Source: Squalus acanthias
Lineage: Eukaryota
Assembly: GCA_030390025.1 (NCBI GenBank)
Contig: CM059432.1
Coordinates: 20,834,001-20,898,000 of the forward strand
Direction of reading: 5' to 3'
Length of the DNA: 64,000 nucleotides
The notes under the pieces are model-generated. The model was not told the DNA's origin and searched no databases. It saw only the letters and a program-made list of their open reading frames with translations. This document shows, piece by piece, positions 53,097 to 64,000 of this stretch; the stretch's first letter is position 1, and every line of letters starts with the position of its first letter. The position numbers and the translations under genes were made by a program.

Positions 53097-53517
53097 GTGT
53101 CAGCCATCGCTCGGTGGGTAGCACTCTCACCTCTGCGTCAGCAGGTTGTGTGTTCATGTCCCACTCCGGAGACTCGAGCACAAAAATCTAGGCTGACACT
53201 CCAGTACAGTACTGAGGGAGTGCTGCACTGGCAGAGGGTGCCGTCTTTTGGATAAGATGTTAAACCAAGACCCAGTCTGCTCTCTCAGGTGGATGTAAAA
53301 GATCCCATGGCACTATTTTGAAGAAGAGCAGGGAAGTTATCCCTGGTGTCCTGGCCAATATTTATCCCTCAATCAACATCACTAAAAAAACAGATTATCT
53401 GGTCATTATGTTGCTGTTTGTGGGACCTTGCTGTGTGCAATTGGTTGCCACGTTTCCTACATTACAACAGTGTTTACACTTCAAAAGTACTTCATTGGCT
53501 GTAAAGCGCTTTGGGAC
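53097..53517 (+). mobile_element. Deu-domain SINE (SacSINE1-like), inserted in a CR1 fragment
   Basis: tRNA-like head, then gatgttaaacc...caggtggatgtaaaagatcccatggcactatttt...ggtgtcctggccaatatttatccctcaa, matching the recalled DeuSINE core. Confidence 0.8.
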
Positions 53518-53820
53518 TTTATTTAATTTCTTAGGAAGAATGAGGAGAGGCAATATAAACTAAATGACACAAGTCTTTGAAGGTGGCAGGACAAGTTGAG
53601 AAGGCTGTTCAAAAGGCATATGGGATCCTTTGTTTCATAAATAGAGGCATTGAATACATAAGCAAGGAAATTATGCTAAACCTTTATAAAATACTGGTTA
53701 GGCCCCAGCTGGATTATTGCGGCCAATTCTGGGCACCATGCTTTAGGAAGGATGTCAAGGCCTTAGAGAGGATCCAGAAAGATTTATTAGAATGGTACCA
53801 GGGGTGAAAGACTCCAGTTA

Positions 53821-54468
53821 CATAAGAACATAAGAACATAAGAAATAGGAGCAGGAGTAGGCCAATCGGCCCCTCGAGCCTGCTCCGCCATTCAATAAGA
53901 TCATGGCTGATCTGATCCTAACCGCCAATCTACTATCTATCACAGAACCATCTCCTGCATCTAACAGAATTGCACACACGAAATAGGAGCAGAATCAGGC
54001 TACACAGTCCCTGGGCCCGCTCCACTACCCACAGGGCCATGACCGATCCGAACCTAGACTCATGTCCAAATTCCTGCCCGCTCCCCGTAACCCTTAATGC
54101 CCTTTACTTCTAGGAAACTGTCTATTTCTGTTTTAAATTTAATTAATGTTGTAGCTTCTACAGCTTTTTGTGGCAGCATATTCCATGGACCTACCACCCT
54201 CTGAGTGAAGTAGTTCCTCCTCATCTCAGTTTTGAAAGAGCAGCCCCTTATTCTAAGACTATGTCCCCTAGTTCTCGTCTCACCCGTCATCGGGAACATC
54301 CTCCCCGCATCCACCCGATCCAACCCCTTCACAATCTTATATGTTTCAATAAGATCGCCTCTCATTCTTCTGAACTCCAATGAGTAGAGTCCCAATCTAC
54401 CCAACCTCTCCTCATATGACCACCCCCTCATCCCCGGGATTAACCGAGTGAACCTTTTTTGCACTGCA
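53821..54468 (-). mobile_element. Short 5'-truncated CR1 nested in opposite orientation
   Basis: (CATAAGAA)n tail at 53821; VQKRFTRLIPGMRG...YFTQRVV; host sequence gactccagtta|cgtggagagact rejoins across it. Confidence 0.88.
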
Positions 54469-55264
54469 CGTGGAGAGACTAGAGAAACTGGGATTGTTCT
54501 CCTTAGAGCAGAGAAGGGAGATTTGAGAAAGGTGTTCAAAATCATGAAGGGATTTGATAGAATAAATGAGGAGAAACTGTTTCTAGTGGCAGAAGGGTGG
54601 GTAACCAGAGAGCACAGTTTTAAGGTAATTGGCAAAAGGACCAGAGGCGAGATGAGGAGAATTTTTTTCTTGTAGCGAGTTGTTATGATCTGGAATGCAC
54701 TGCCTGAAAGGGTGGTGGAAGCAGATTCATTAGTAACTTTCGAAAGGGAATTGGACAAATACTTGAAAGGGAAAAATTTGCAGGTCTCTGGGGAAGGGTG
54801 TGAGGCTAATTGGATAGTTCTTTCAAAGATGCACGATTGGCTGAATGGCCTCCTTCTGTGCTGTATAATTCTACATGTCCTGGCCAATATTTACTCCTCA
54901 ACAAACATCACTGAAACAGATTAAATTATCATTATTACATTTGTGGGACCTTGCTGTGCACAATTTGGCTGCCGCGTTCCCTACATTACAACAGTGACTA
55001 TGTTTCAAAAGTACTTCATTGGCTGTAAAGCACTTTGGAACGTCCTGAGGTTGTGCAAAGTGCTATATAAATGCAAGTCTTTTCTTTTTTTCTTTCAAGA
55101 CAGCAAATCCATTTCAACAGTAAACCAGATCTTCCAACTCTTACATCTTGAGTTCTGTGACACAATGTAAATATTTTCATCTCCAATAGTCACTATAAGG
55201 TTTTAATCCAAAATACCTGCTGTCAAACCTCTCCCAGGTTGGTACCACGGTACTCTTCAGGGTC

Positions 55265-55562
55265 GGTTACCAGAGGACACAGATTTAAGGTAATTGGCAA
55301 AAGAACCAGAAGCGACATGAGGAAAAAGAAAATTTACACAGCGAGTTGTTATTAATCTGGAATGCACTGCCTGAAAGGGTGGTGGAAGCAGATTCAATAA
55401 TACCTTTCAAAGGGGAATTGGATAAATACTTGAAGGGGGGGAAATTTGCAGGGCTATGGGGAAACGGTAAGGAAGTGGACTAATTGGATAGCTCTTTCAA
55501 AGAGCGTCTCAGGCACGTTGGGCCGAATGGCCTCCTTCCGTGCTGTATCATTCTATGATTCT
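55265..55562 (+). mobile_element. CR1 3' end fragment
   Basis: accagaggacacagatttaaggtaattggcaaaagaaccaga ... gggccgaatggcctcc ... ttctatgattcta; near-repeat of 54600-54870. Confidence 0.85.
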
Positions 55563-56217
55563 ACTCACTAAATCAGGGAGAACTCCTGAATCAAAGAAAT
55601 TTATTTACTGATTTTATATTAAAGGACATGGGTTCAGATACCCAGCACTCGTCTAATCAAAAGGGGCAAGAGTGAAAATATGATACAGTATTCAGTAGAG
55701 TTATTCACACGAAGTCGCTGTACAGCGATGTATTCAGTCTCAACATATTTGACTATTTTTCTAAACTAGATAGTGTGAAGGTACAGTTGTAGCTAGTTCA
55801 TTCATTATATCAGGTCATAAGCTTGAAGAAAATTTGTTAATATGACTGCAATCCACTGGTTGAAGTAGCCAATAAAAATAGACTATGATGCCTTCCATAT
55901 TTATCTTTTTTTTTTAAATAGACCACTGAGTTCAGTTGAGAGTGGCAAAGCCAGGGAAATTCTTGTTGGATTCTGCTTGTAGTAGAAATTTTGCAAATTT
56001 TTATTGGGATCACAAAACAGCTTAATAATTCTTAAATGATTTGTACACAGACCACCATTATTATTTTTTAATTATCTTTATTTTTTTTGTAAACACCTCT
56101 CGTGATTCTACCACTACTCAGCATTCTCTGAAAATTCAATTTCATGTCACTTAAAATTCATCCATTTTGGAAATACTGGATTAAATTGGGATACTCCTGG
56201 TACACTTTTACACATGA

Positions 56218-57390
56218 TGTAGGGGGTGGTGTGGTAGGGGTCAGCCTCACCTCTGACTCAGTGAGCGGTTCGAATCGCTCCCACGCCCCTGGTTCTAGAC
56301 CTTGGACTTATTTAGGGGTTGTGAATAAAGGTGCAGTAGACAACAGGTTTAATGAAAGAACTTTGACTCTTATTAAAGGAAGTAAAACACAACACAAACA
56401 CTCTTATCACTCTAAAGGTGGGGAACACTTCGGTACAAGCGAGGGAAATAACATTAGAAGAATACTTCACCCCTCCCAATCCCACTTCACTAGCTAGGTT
56501 GGACTCTGGAGAACCAGGGATAATGCTCACCAAACAAATCCTTGACAGTTTAGAGTTAGGATTTAGAGTCTTTTGAGTAAAAGGTTTCGTAAGGCCCTTG
56601 TTGCCGCGAGGTGTCTGATGGTCGCTGAGGCAGTCGCTCTGGTTTCTTCTTGCGTGTCGGTCTGCTTGTGAAGTTGTTGGCCTTTGTTGAACTTCTTGCT
56701 GTAACTCTGCCTCTGTTTAAACTGTCTTCTTCCGAGCTGTGGAACTGCCTTCTTGCAGAACTGTGGAAACTGCCTTCCGCCTGCTTGTCCTGAACTCTGT
56801 AACTCCAGCCCTGACTTCTGTTCAACACAGGCTTTGAATTCTGTTGAACTTGAACTCCCTTCTTACTGAACTGCCGTAACTGCTTGATGGGCCTTCAATA
56901 ACACTAAATTGAAGTGGCCTTGTCAAAACCAAATCAAATCCTGGTCATTGTAAGACCTCGTTAACAGTAACCACTTTACTAGCATGTTAACTGGTTTTGT
57001 AAATGTGTGAAGTGGTTCTCCATCCTGTCGATCTGTTGTTTAATCGGAGTTTGCATTGTCCTCGTGTTTTGGGTTTCTTGACTGGGCCTGGGGATTTTCA
57101 AAAGGTGTCTTGAATTATTCAATTTTGGATGTGTTGTGAGGTTTTGGGTGAGGTTCTTCCTCCTGCCTGGATTGCAGTGCAAACAAATTCCAGACAGCTT
57201 GACTCCAAAAGCTGTCCACTGCCTCGCCACACCCCTTCGCAGCCTGTCTTGTGTCTGTGAAAGGTGTTTTTCCCCATAGTCATTTTCAAAAGTCATTTTT
57301 CCTCAGGGTTTTTCTTCCCTGATCTTTAAAATGTCCAAAACTGAGGTTTTTACCTCAAATCAAATATTTTGCATTGTGGCCAAGAGGACA
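56218..57390. mobile_element. Possible LTR-like insertion
   Basis: Starts TGTA after ATGA and may end ACA before ATGT (imperfect TSD); composition differs from flanks; no coding homology seen. Confidence 0.35.
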
Positions 57391-57469
57391 ATGTGATGGT
57401 CAGTGACAGAGGGAAATTAAGGAGTGTGGTACTGTTGGTGAATGGGGAATTGGGGCTGCAGTTACTGGT

Positions 57470-59181
57470 ATCACACTCGAATTAGTTCTTCACGTACAGC
57501 CTGGGCAGCAAGGGGCGGTCTCGGTTGTCGCCTCCCTTCCCCTTCTTCCTCTTCCACCTCCTTGTGCTCCTGCTCCTCAGTTTTTCGCCTGATAGCTGGT
57601 GGCAAGAGCTGTCCTCTCATGATGGCAAGGTTGTGCAGCATGCAGCATACCACCACGAATCTTGAGACCCACTCAGCAGAGTACTGCAGGGCTCCTCCAG
57701 AGCGGTCCAGGCAGGGGAATCATTGCGGACAGCCGCAGAATGAAAGCATCATAACTGCTGCCAGGATACCGGGCATTGACCTGCATGATGCGCTGCCTAT
57801 GCTCACACACCAGCTGGACGTTGAGGGAGGGAAATTCTTTTCAGCTCCGGTACATGGCAGAGTTGACATGCGGTGCCCGCAAAGCGATGTGCGTGCAGTC
57901 AACGGCACACTGTACCATGAGGAAGCCTGCAATCCTTGCCAACCCTCATGCTCGCTCCGCCTGCTTGTCTCGGGCAAGACAGAATGAAATGTAGTCAGCT
58001 CTATTTGAATAAAGAGCCTCAGTGATCTCCCTTATGCAACAGTGGATGGCAAACTGCGAGATGTTGCTAATATCTCCAGCTTCAGCCTGGAAGGAGCCAG
58101 ACGTATAAAAGTTAATCGCCACGGTCACATTCACAGCCACTGGCAATGTGGTCCTTGCCTTGCTCTGAGGCTCCAGTTGCGGCTGCAGCAGTTGTCAGAA
58201 TTCAGTGAGGACGTCCTTAGTGAAGTGCAGACGTCTCACACACTGTTCCTTGCTGAGGCTCAGGTAGGAGACTTGCTTCCTGAACACCCTGGGCTGATAT
58301 GGCCTCGTGCTGAGAGCCCTTCTTCCCCCCCCCCCACCGCCCCCCCTCCCTCTTCTAGCAGCTGTCCTGCTCTGCATGGCCTCTGCTCATTAAGTAGTTG
58401 ATGATCGCTTTAAATAGCGCTGGTGGCGGGTCCTGCCTGCTGCTTAATGCATGTTCAGCTGTGTGAGCTTAAGAGAGGACATGACTGGAGCACCAAAATG
58501 GCAGCGCTGGCATCAAATCAACGTTGCACGCTGATTGACGTCATACGCTGATTGGGCAACACGGTGGCATAGTGGTTAGCACTGGTGCCTCACAGCGCCA
58601 GGGACCCGGGTTCGAATCTGACCTCGGGTGACTGTCTGTGTGGAGTTTGCACATTTTCCCCGTGTCTGCGTGGGTTTCCTCCGGGTGCTCCGGTTTCCTC
58701 CCACAGTCCAAAGATGTGCGGGTTAGGTTGATTTGGCTATGATAAATTGACCCTTAGTGTTAGGGGGGGATTAAATACGTGGGGTTACGGGGATAGGATG
58801 GGATATGTTAGGGGGAATTAAATACGTGGGGTTACGGGGATAGGGTGGGATATGTGTTAGTGCAGGCTCGATGGGGATTCTGTGTGAGAAAGCAGGAATA
58901 GGGTACTGGATTTGGATGATCAGCCATGATCATATTGAATGGTGGAGCAGGCTCGACGGGCCGAATAGCCTACTCCTGCTCCTAGTTTCTATGTTTCTAT
59001 GTTTCTATGATCTGCCTGCTCTGCATACTTTCGCCGGACGTTCACTGCGCGCACGCTAATGCCTGTACCAAGATGGCATCCGGCGCGCTTCGTGTCACGT
59101 GCGCCATGGATGCCATTTTGCAGCTCTAAGGGCACCAGTAGCACCCAAAAAACGGGCCCTGCCTAGCCCAAATCCTCGCCC
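57470..59181 (-). pseudogene. Decayed PIF/Harbinger DNA transposon with HARBI1-like DDE transposase remnant
   Basis: Minus-strand peptides RPYQPRVFR...EQCVRRLHF, VAVNVTVAINFYTSGSFQ...ISQFAIHCCIREITEAL, AVDCTHIALRAP, SLNVQLVCEH...NARYPGSSYDAFIL, LDRSGGALQYS...CCMLHNLA; stops, frameshifts and apparent loss of the GDxGY segment; TIR-like GGGCGAGGATTTGGGC at the right end; other end not found. Confidence 0.88.
58554..59008 (+). mobile_element. tRNA-derived SINE with CR1-type 3' tail (HE1-like), inserted in the Harbinger element
   Basis: A box TGGCATAGTGG, B box GGTTCGAATC, internal tandem duplication, tail shared with CR1 3' UTR and (GTTTCTAT)n; possible TGAT duplication at the flanks. Confidence 0.88.
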
Positions 59182-59699
59182 TAGGTGTTTAATTCATTCA
59201 ATGATCAATATTCAGTAATTAATGCATTTGCATTTCTATAAATATGGTATTGTTAAAATGGCTGAGACAGTAATTTAATGTGTAATATGTTAACCAATCC
59301 ACTAAGAAGAGGAAGTTAAACCCCAAGATCTGATTTTAAACATAACAGCTGTTGCACAATAAGTACTTTCCCAGTCAATAACTTTACTGCAAACTAATTT
59401 AAATTAGTTTTAGAAATCAGAATTGTTGTTTCCTTTTTGAAAGCCAACCATTTTGGTATTCATTTGGTGCATTGCAAGTGGTGAGAGATATAAAATATTA
59501 ACTGAACACTTAAGTACATAAAGGGTCACCTGAATAAGAGCTGTTGTCTGATGATAAAAAAAATGCTCCATGTTGTTTCTGTCAAAAAATAAAATATGCC
59601 TTTTACAACAGTTCCTACTGCTACTGCTAGCAATCATTGTATCGGCCTTAGTTTTGATTTTTTTGTTTGTGAGAAAAGTCACAGGATATATGTGACGTG

Positions 59700-60225
59700 G
59701 ACTGTCTGTCTTCTCTGCCTGTCTCCCGAATCTCCCACTTTCTCTCTTCCCTGATCACTGCTTTTCTGCCTACGATCTTTCCCTCTGTCGCTTGAATTAT
59801 CTGCACATCTTTCCCCCTCTCTGATATTGCTTTCTCCTTTATTGTGCTCTTTCTTTGCCCTGATCGCTCTCCACTATTTCTGTCTTTCTGAAATCTCTTC
59901 TGTCTATCTGTGTGCCCCAATATGCTTTTTGCCATCTTTCACTTTCCCCTGCTCTTAATTCTCTTTCATATCCCTATTGCTCTTATCTTTATCAAACCCT
60001 CTTTATTCTTTCCCCATTTCTCTTCAATTTCTCTTATGCTCATGTTGCTCTCACTCCATCTTTCTCTATCCTCCATCTTTCCCCTTCTCTCTCCCCACAG
60101 TGTATCTCTGTCGCCATTTCTCCCTCAGTCTCTTTGTCTCCCATGTCTCCCCCTGTGTCTCTCCTCCATCTCTTCCCCTCTTCCACATCCCAACCTTTCA
60201 TCCCCCTGGACTTTCTGTTGCTCTG
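59700..60225 (+). repeat. CT-rich low-complexity tract
   Basis: Strongly pyrimidine-biased; source of several spurious ORFs. Confidence 0.85.
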
Positions 60226-62003
60226 AGATGGACAGGTCAGAACAGACAAAATATAAATTAAATCTCTTTAGATGCCAGGACATATCAGACTGGGATGACC
60301 GAGGAGATGGTGGGAATACATTTTAAATGGCCAATAGGGCCGAAGAAAGAGGAAGGCCGGAGCCAGGAGGGAGCGGGTGCAGACCTAGGTAGAGCAACAA
60401 GAGCAGAGGAGAGTGTGGAGCAAGGCCAAGGTGGCCTAGTATGTAGTCTAAATTTTGTGTTTGGCTGGGAGCAAAGGGCAGGGAGAAGGGAGTTGGAAAT
60501 AACAGGTCTTTTCAAATTTTGCAGTGGGGTCAGGAGCAAGAGAGAAAAGCCATCAACGAAGGAGCAGGGCATAATGCAGAGAGGAGCATTAATGGCCCAA
60601 TATGTTTTTTTTTTAAGATGTGAGCTAGGAAAAGGAGACTGAGCGGTGGTGCTTTTCAAATGTTACAGTGGAGCCAGAAGCAAGGACATGGGCCTGGGCA
60701 GGAGCAGAAAGGGGCGAGCAAAGGGACCTAAATGGCCCAGTAAGTTATTTTGAAATAGGTGGAGGACTAGCAGTGTCAAACATAGCAGGATTTTTTAAAT
60801 GGGAGCGGGGTAGAGCCAAAGAAAGACGCAGTGCGGTTAGGGCCAGTGTCAGGGGGCTGGGTCAGCTGTGAGATGGAGATAAGAGGTGCTGTAGCCCCAG
60901 TTATCTTTGGGAGGCCTGAACTGCAAGGTAAATAATCATTTTAAAGTTTGAAATGGAAGGTAGTTACCAAGTCATTTCACCCCAGGTGATATCTCAGGCG
61001 TTGCTAACTGTCACACAGGTGCGACAAAGTTGTGACACAGGAAGTACAAGTAATTGCAAGACTTTTAACAAGGTGGCCTAGTAAATAGTCTAAATTTTGT
61101 GTTTGGCTGGGAGCGAAGGAATAGGGCAGGGAGAAGGGAGTTAGATAGATATACGTTCTCCACTATTCTTCTTGTCTCCTGATTCATGCTGGCCAATGGA
61201 CCTTTGTACGTTACCTAAGAGGCCACTCTTCAAATGCAAGCCTTTATAGTGAGTGTTAGCAGAGTATTTAACCGTGGCGGGAAATGCAGCCAAACATGAT
61301 GCATTTTGCAGTAGGGGATGACTAGATAGAAAGCAGGAGTGAGATCACCGGCTATCCCTATCCCAGGGGCACTGAGGCAGTTTGCATCACCTTACACCAG
61401 CAATCATAGCTTTGGTGGGGGAAAAAAATATAGCTAGCTCCATGTAGCAGAAATTTGGATTGTAGCAAATATTACATCAGGAGCCGTACAAACTTTGCTG
61501 GTGGGATGAATTTCTCCAGTTTCTAGGTGGAGTAGTATCATAAATGCGTTCAAAAAGAATGGGCTCCCACAGTAACCAAAGCAATTTACTTCCAAGGTGA
61601 CCAATATGCTGGCAGGAAATGAAAAGCAAAATGCTGTAGATGCTGGAAATCTGAACTAAAAACAGAAAAAGCTGCAAAGACTCAGCAGGTCATGCCCCGC
61701 GCTGCCTGATGGCAGGGACGCTTGAGTTTTTCGAGCAGTCTGCCCCAGAAACCGAGCCTGCTCAAACACCCCTGGAGCCTGTTCACAACAAATTCTCTTC
61801 ATGAGGTGACAGAGGACATTTTCACAAAATCCCTCCCCAAGCCTGTCCCAGTCAAACAGCAACAAAAAGCATTTATATAGTGCTCCTCTTGTGGAGAAAC
61901 CTCACAGCGCACTTTACAAAGGGGAAGGTGATCATCCAGCAGGACGTTAAGACATTTAGAGAGGGTTTTACTGAAGGTGCAGTCGGAGAAAACATTTTTC
62001 AGG

Positions 62004-62436
62004 AAAAAAAAGAAAGACTTGCATTTATATCGTGCCTTTAACGACCACTCAAAGCACTTTACAGCCAATGAAGTACTTTTTGAAGTGTAGTCACTGCTGT
62101 AATGTGGGAAACGCAGCAGCCAATTTGCACACAGCAAACTCCCACAAACAGCAATGTGATAATGACCAGATAATCTGTTTTTGTTATGTTGATTGAAGGA
62201 TAAATATTGGCCAGGACACCGGGGATAACTCACCTGCTCTTCTTCGAAATAGTGCCATGGGATCTTTCACGTCCACCTGAGAGAGCAGACGGGGCCTCGG
62301 ATTAACATCTCATCCAAAAGAGGGCACCTCCGACAGTGCAGCACTCCCTCAGCGCTGCACTGGAATGTCCGCCTAGATTTTTGTGCTCAAGTCCCTGGAG
62401 TGGGACGTGAACCCACAACCTTGTGACTCAGGCAAG
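62004..62436 (-). mobile_element. Deu-domain SINE (SacSINE1-like)
   Basis: Reverse complement of the 53097-53517 family with the full tail; shorter tail fragments near 9320-9445, 14705-14820, 25860-26000 and 54876-55095. Confidence 0.82.
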
Positions 62437-63149
62437 AGGAGGCTTTTGAAGACAGGGAGAGAGGTAGCAAGGTGGAGTAACTTTGTGAGAGAATTCCAGA
62501 ATGCAGAGGTATAATAGGGTACAATTAGGAACACTTTTATTTGTGCAGTGTTTTGGTGACAATTAACATTGAAAGCACTTCATATTCCTGTATATAAGTA
62601 TTGTTCTCCTTCAAATAAAATGGCTGAATGATTAGATTATAGCCAACAAACAATGCAAGGCTCGGCTGCTCATTGTGAGATCTTTGATTAGTGTGTGATA
62701 GATGTTTAAAATCTCTGTTTATAACAGAGATATTAAATAGCAAGTGTAGCCCACAAGGGGCATAGATTAATTCATATACATCCCACATTTATTCTACTTT
62801 TATAACATGGTGAAGGTAGTGTTTGTGTTTGAAGAAATAAGAAAAGATTAAATTGAGGGGAAACAGTATTACACAATTAAATGCTTTAAAAATAAAGATG
62901 AGCATTGCAAGTATGAAAAATATCCGTACTCACCTAACCACAACTTAATTCCATTGTTTACTGCCCATGTGATCAGATTGTCATGTAGTACTTCCTGATA
63001 TTTTCATGGATATTAGCGGCATCCCTTATTAATTCCATGAAGCATATAGGAAAAGGATATGTTGTGTATGAAATCAATTTATACTCCTAAGATTTTGCAT
63101 ATCTTCGCCCAGTCTTGTGCATTATGCAGAATGTTGCTTTAACCTGCAG

Positions 63150-63344
63150 ACAAGAGAACACCTGTCGAAGGCCCAGCGAGGGTTAATAGGAGAAGGAGTG
63201 TCAGCAATCATAAGAAAGCTGGCAGACACGTCTGAGGGAGGGACCAGCTACAGTGGAGACATCTTAGCCTTAATTGACATTTTGAAGAACATGACAGAAA
63301 TATTCCGCAGAACTTATTACACTCCTGTCTCTGGAGATATCCAG
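63150..63344 (+). CDS. ADGRB1: ADGRB1-like exon, start of the GAIN domain
   Basis: aacctgcAG|ACA AGA ... ATC CAG|GTtagt; 195 nt, phase 0-0; [65 protein letters not shown] versus recalled BAI1 TREHLAKAQRGLPGEGVS...[19 protein letters not shown]. Confidence 0.96.
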
Positions 63345-64000
63345 GTTAGTAAAATGTGATAGTTGATTGATGGAAAAGGTGTGGGATGGAAGTTCCCCAC
63401 TCACTCCCATTTACAGCCTATCGAGTATATAATCCAACTCTGTACCTTTATAAATTGATTATGTGCTTTTCAAACCATACTTGTGAGAAAGGGGTTACAG
63501 TCGCACTTCCGGCGAAGTTGCAGAGGTGGAGAGTGAGCAGGTCCAAGGAAATTCCCGACCTTTGACTCACTTTAGCTATTGTAGTCTAACAGCCAATAGA
63601 TTGAGGAGACCTTTGTGCCAAGAATTGAGATGATGATGCTCTAACTCACTGTTGTACTTAATGCATATAAAACTGTTTTGAATGAGTTTGGACCTAGTCC
63701 CTAGTGGGTATGGGTCCACAGTACGAAACCGTCTCTAATTTGGACTTAGTGAACATTCAATTGACAGTTTCACTCAGACAAACCCACAAGGATGACTTGT
63801 GCGAGTGAAACAGAAATGCCATGTTGGTGCTCTGGGGACAGCTCTTGTGAGGTTGTGTTTGAGGCACATAATTGACAGACTTTTACCCTGCGCCTAACCT
63901 GACATTTGAATGCTGGATGCTGACATTGGGTGCAAGAAAGTGTTTCACTCCCCAGTCCTCACCTGGAAGAACAGACTAAAGTTACCAGCAAATATATATT

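Larger units (their letters stand above)
52628..54870 (+). mobile_element. Decayed CR1 RT/3' fragment carrying two nested insertions
   Basis: CLTKLIEFF...DFQKTFDKV...PQGSVLGP...FAYDTK; continues after the SINE (53097-53517) and after an inverted CR1 (53821-54468). Confidence 0.88.

Noticed and set aside
54060..54887. 275-aa minus-strand ORF
   Set aside because: Chimera of the antisense of one CR1 fragment and the sense of a nested CR1
57442..58401. Functional HARBI1 host gene
   Set aside because: Stops, frameshifts and an internal deletion; it is a transposon remnant. The plus-strand ORFs here are antisense shadows
58554..58630. tRNA gene
   Set aside because: tRNA-like head of a multicopy SINE that continues into SINE body and LINE tail
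59910..60326. Hydrophobic Leu/Ser-rich membrane-protein-like ORFs
   Set aside because: CT-rich low complexity, open in several frames

Overview
Vertebrate genomic DNA, most likely from a shark or other cartilaginous fish (inferred from the repeat content: HE1-like and Deu-domain SINEs, dense CR1 LINEs, Penelope-like and Harbinger elements). The window lies inside one large + strand gene, an adhesion GPCR of the ADGRB/BAI family closest to ADGRB1 (BAI1). Seven GT-AG coding exons splice in frame (1064 nt): four 165-nt TSR exons, two hormone-receptor-motif exons and the first GAIN exon. The introns hold nested mobile elements: a long CR1 interrupted by a second CR1, a third CR1 with a near-intact ORF2, a decayed Harbinger transposase with related non-autonomous TIR elements, a solo LTR, SINEs and Penelope-like fragments. 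Main observations: (1) a U_UUA_AAC slippery heptamer in the correct register directly before the ORF1 stop of two divergent CR1 copies, with ORF2 in the -1 frame, suggesting programmed -1 ribosomal frameshifting; (2) minimal hammerhead ribozyme motifs in Penelope-like repeats; (3) the gene may be a divergent BAI1 sister paralogue; (4) several antisense exon-like segments. All homology calls are by eye and from memory; no searches were run, and repeat boundaries are approximate unless a TSD is quoted.
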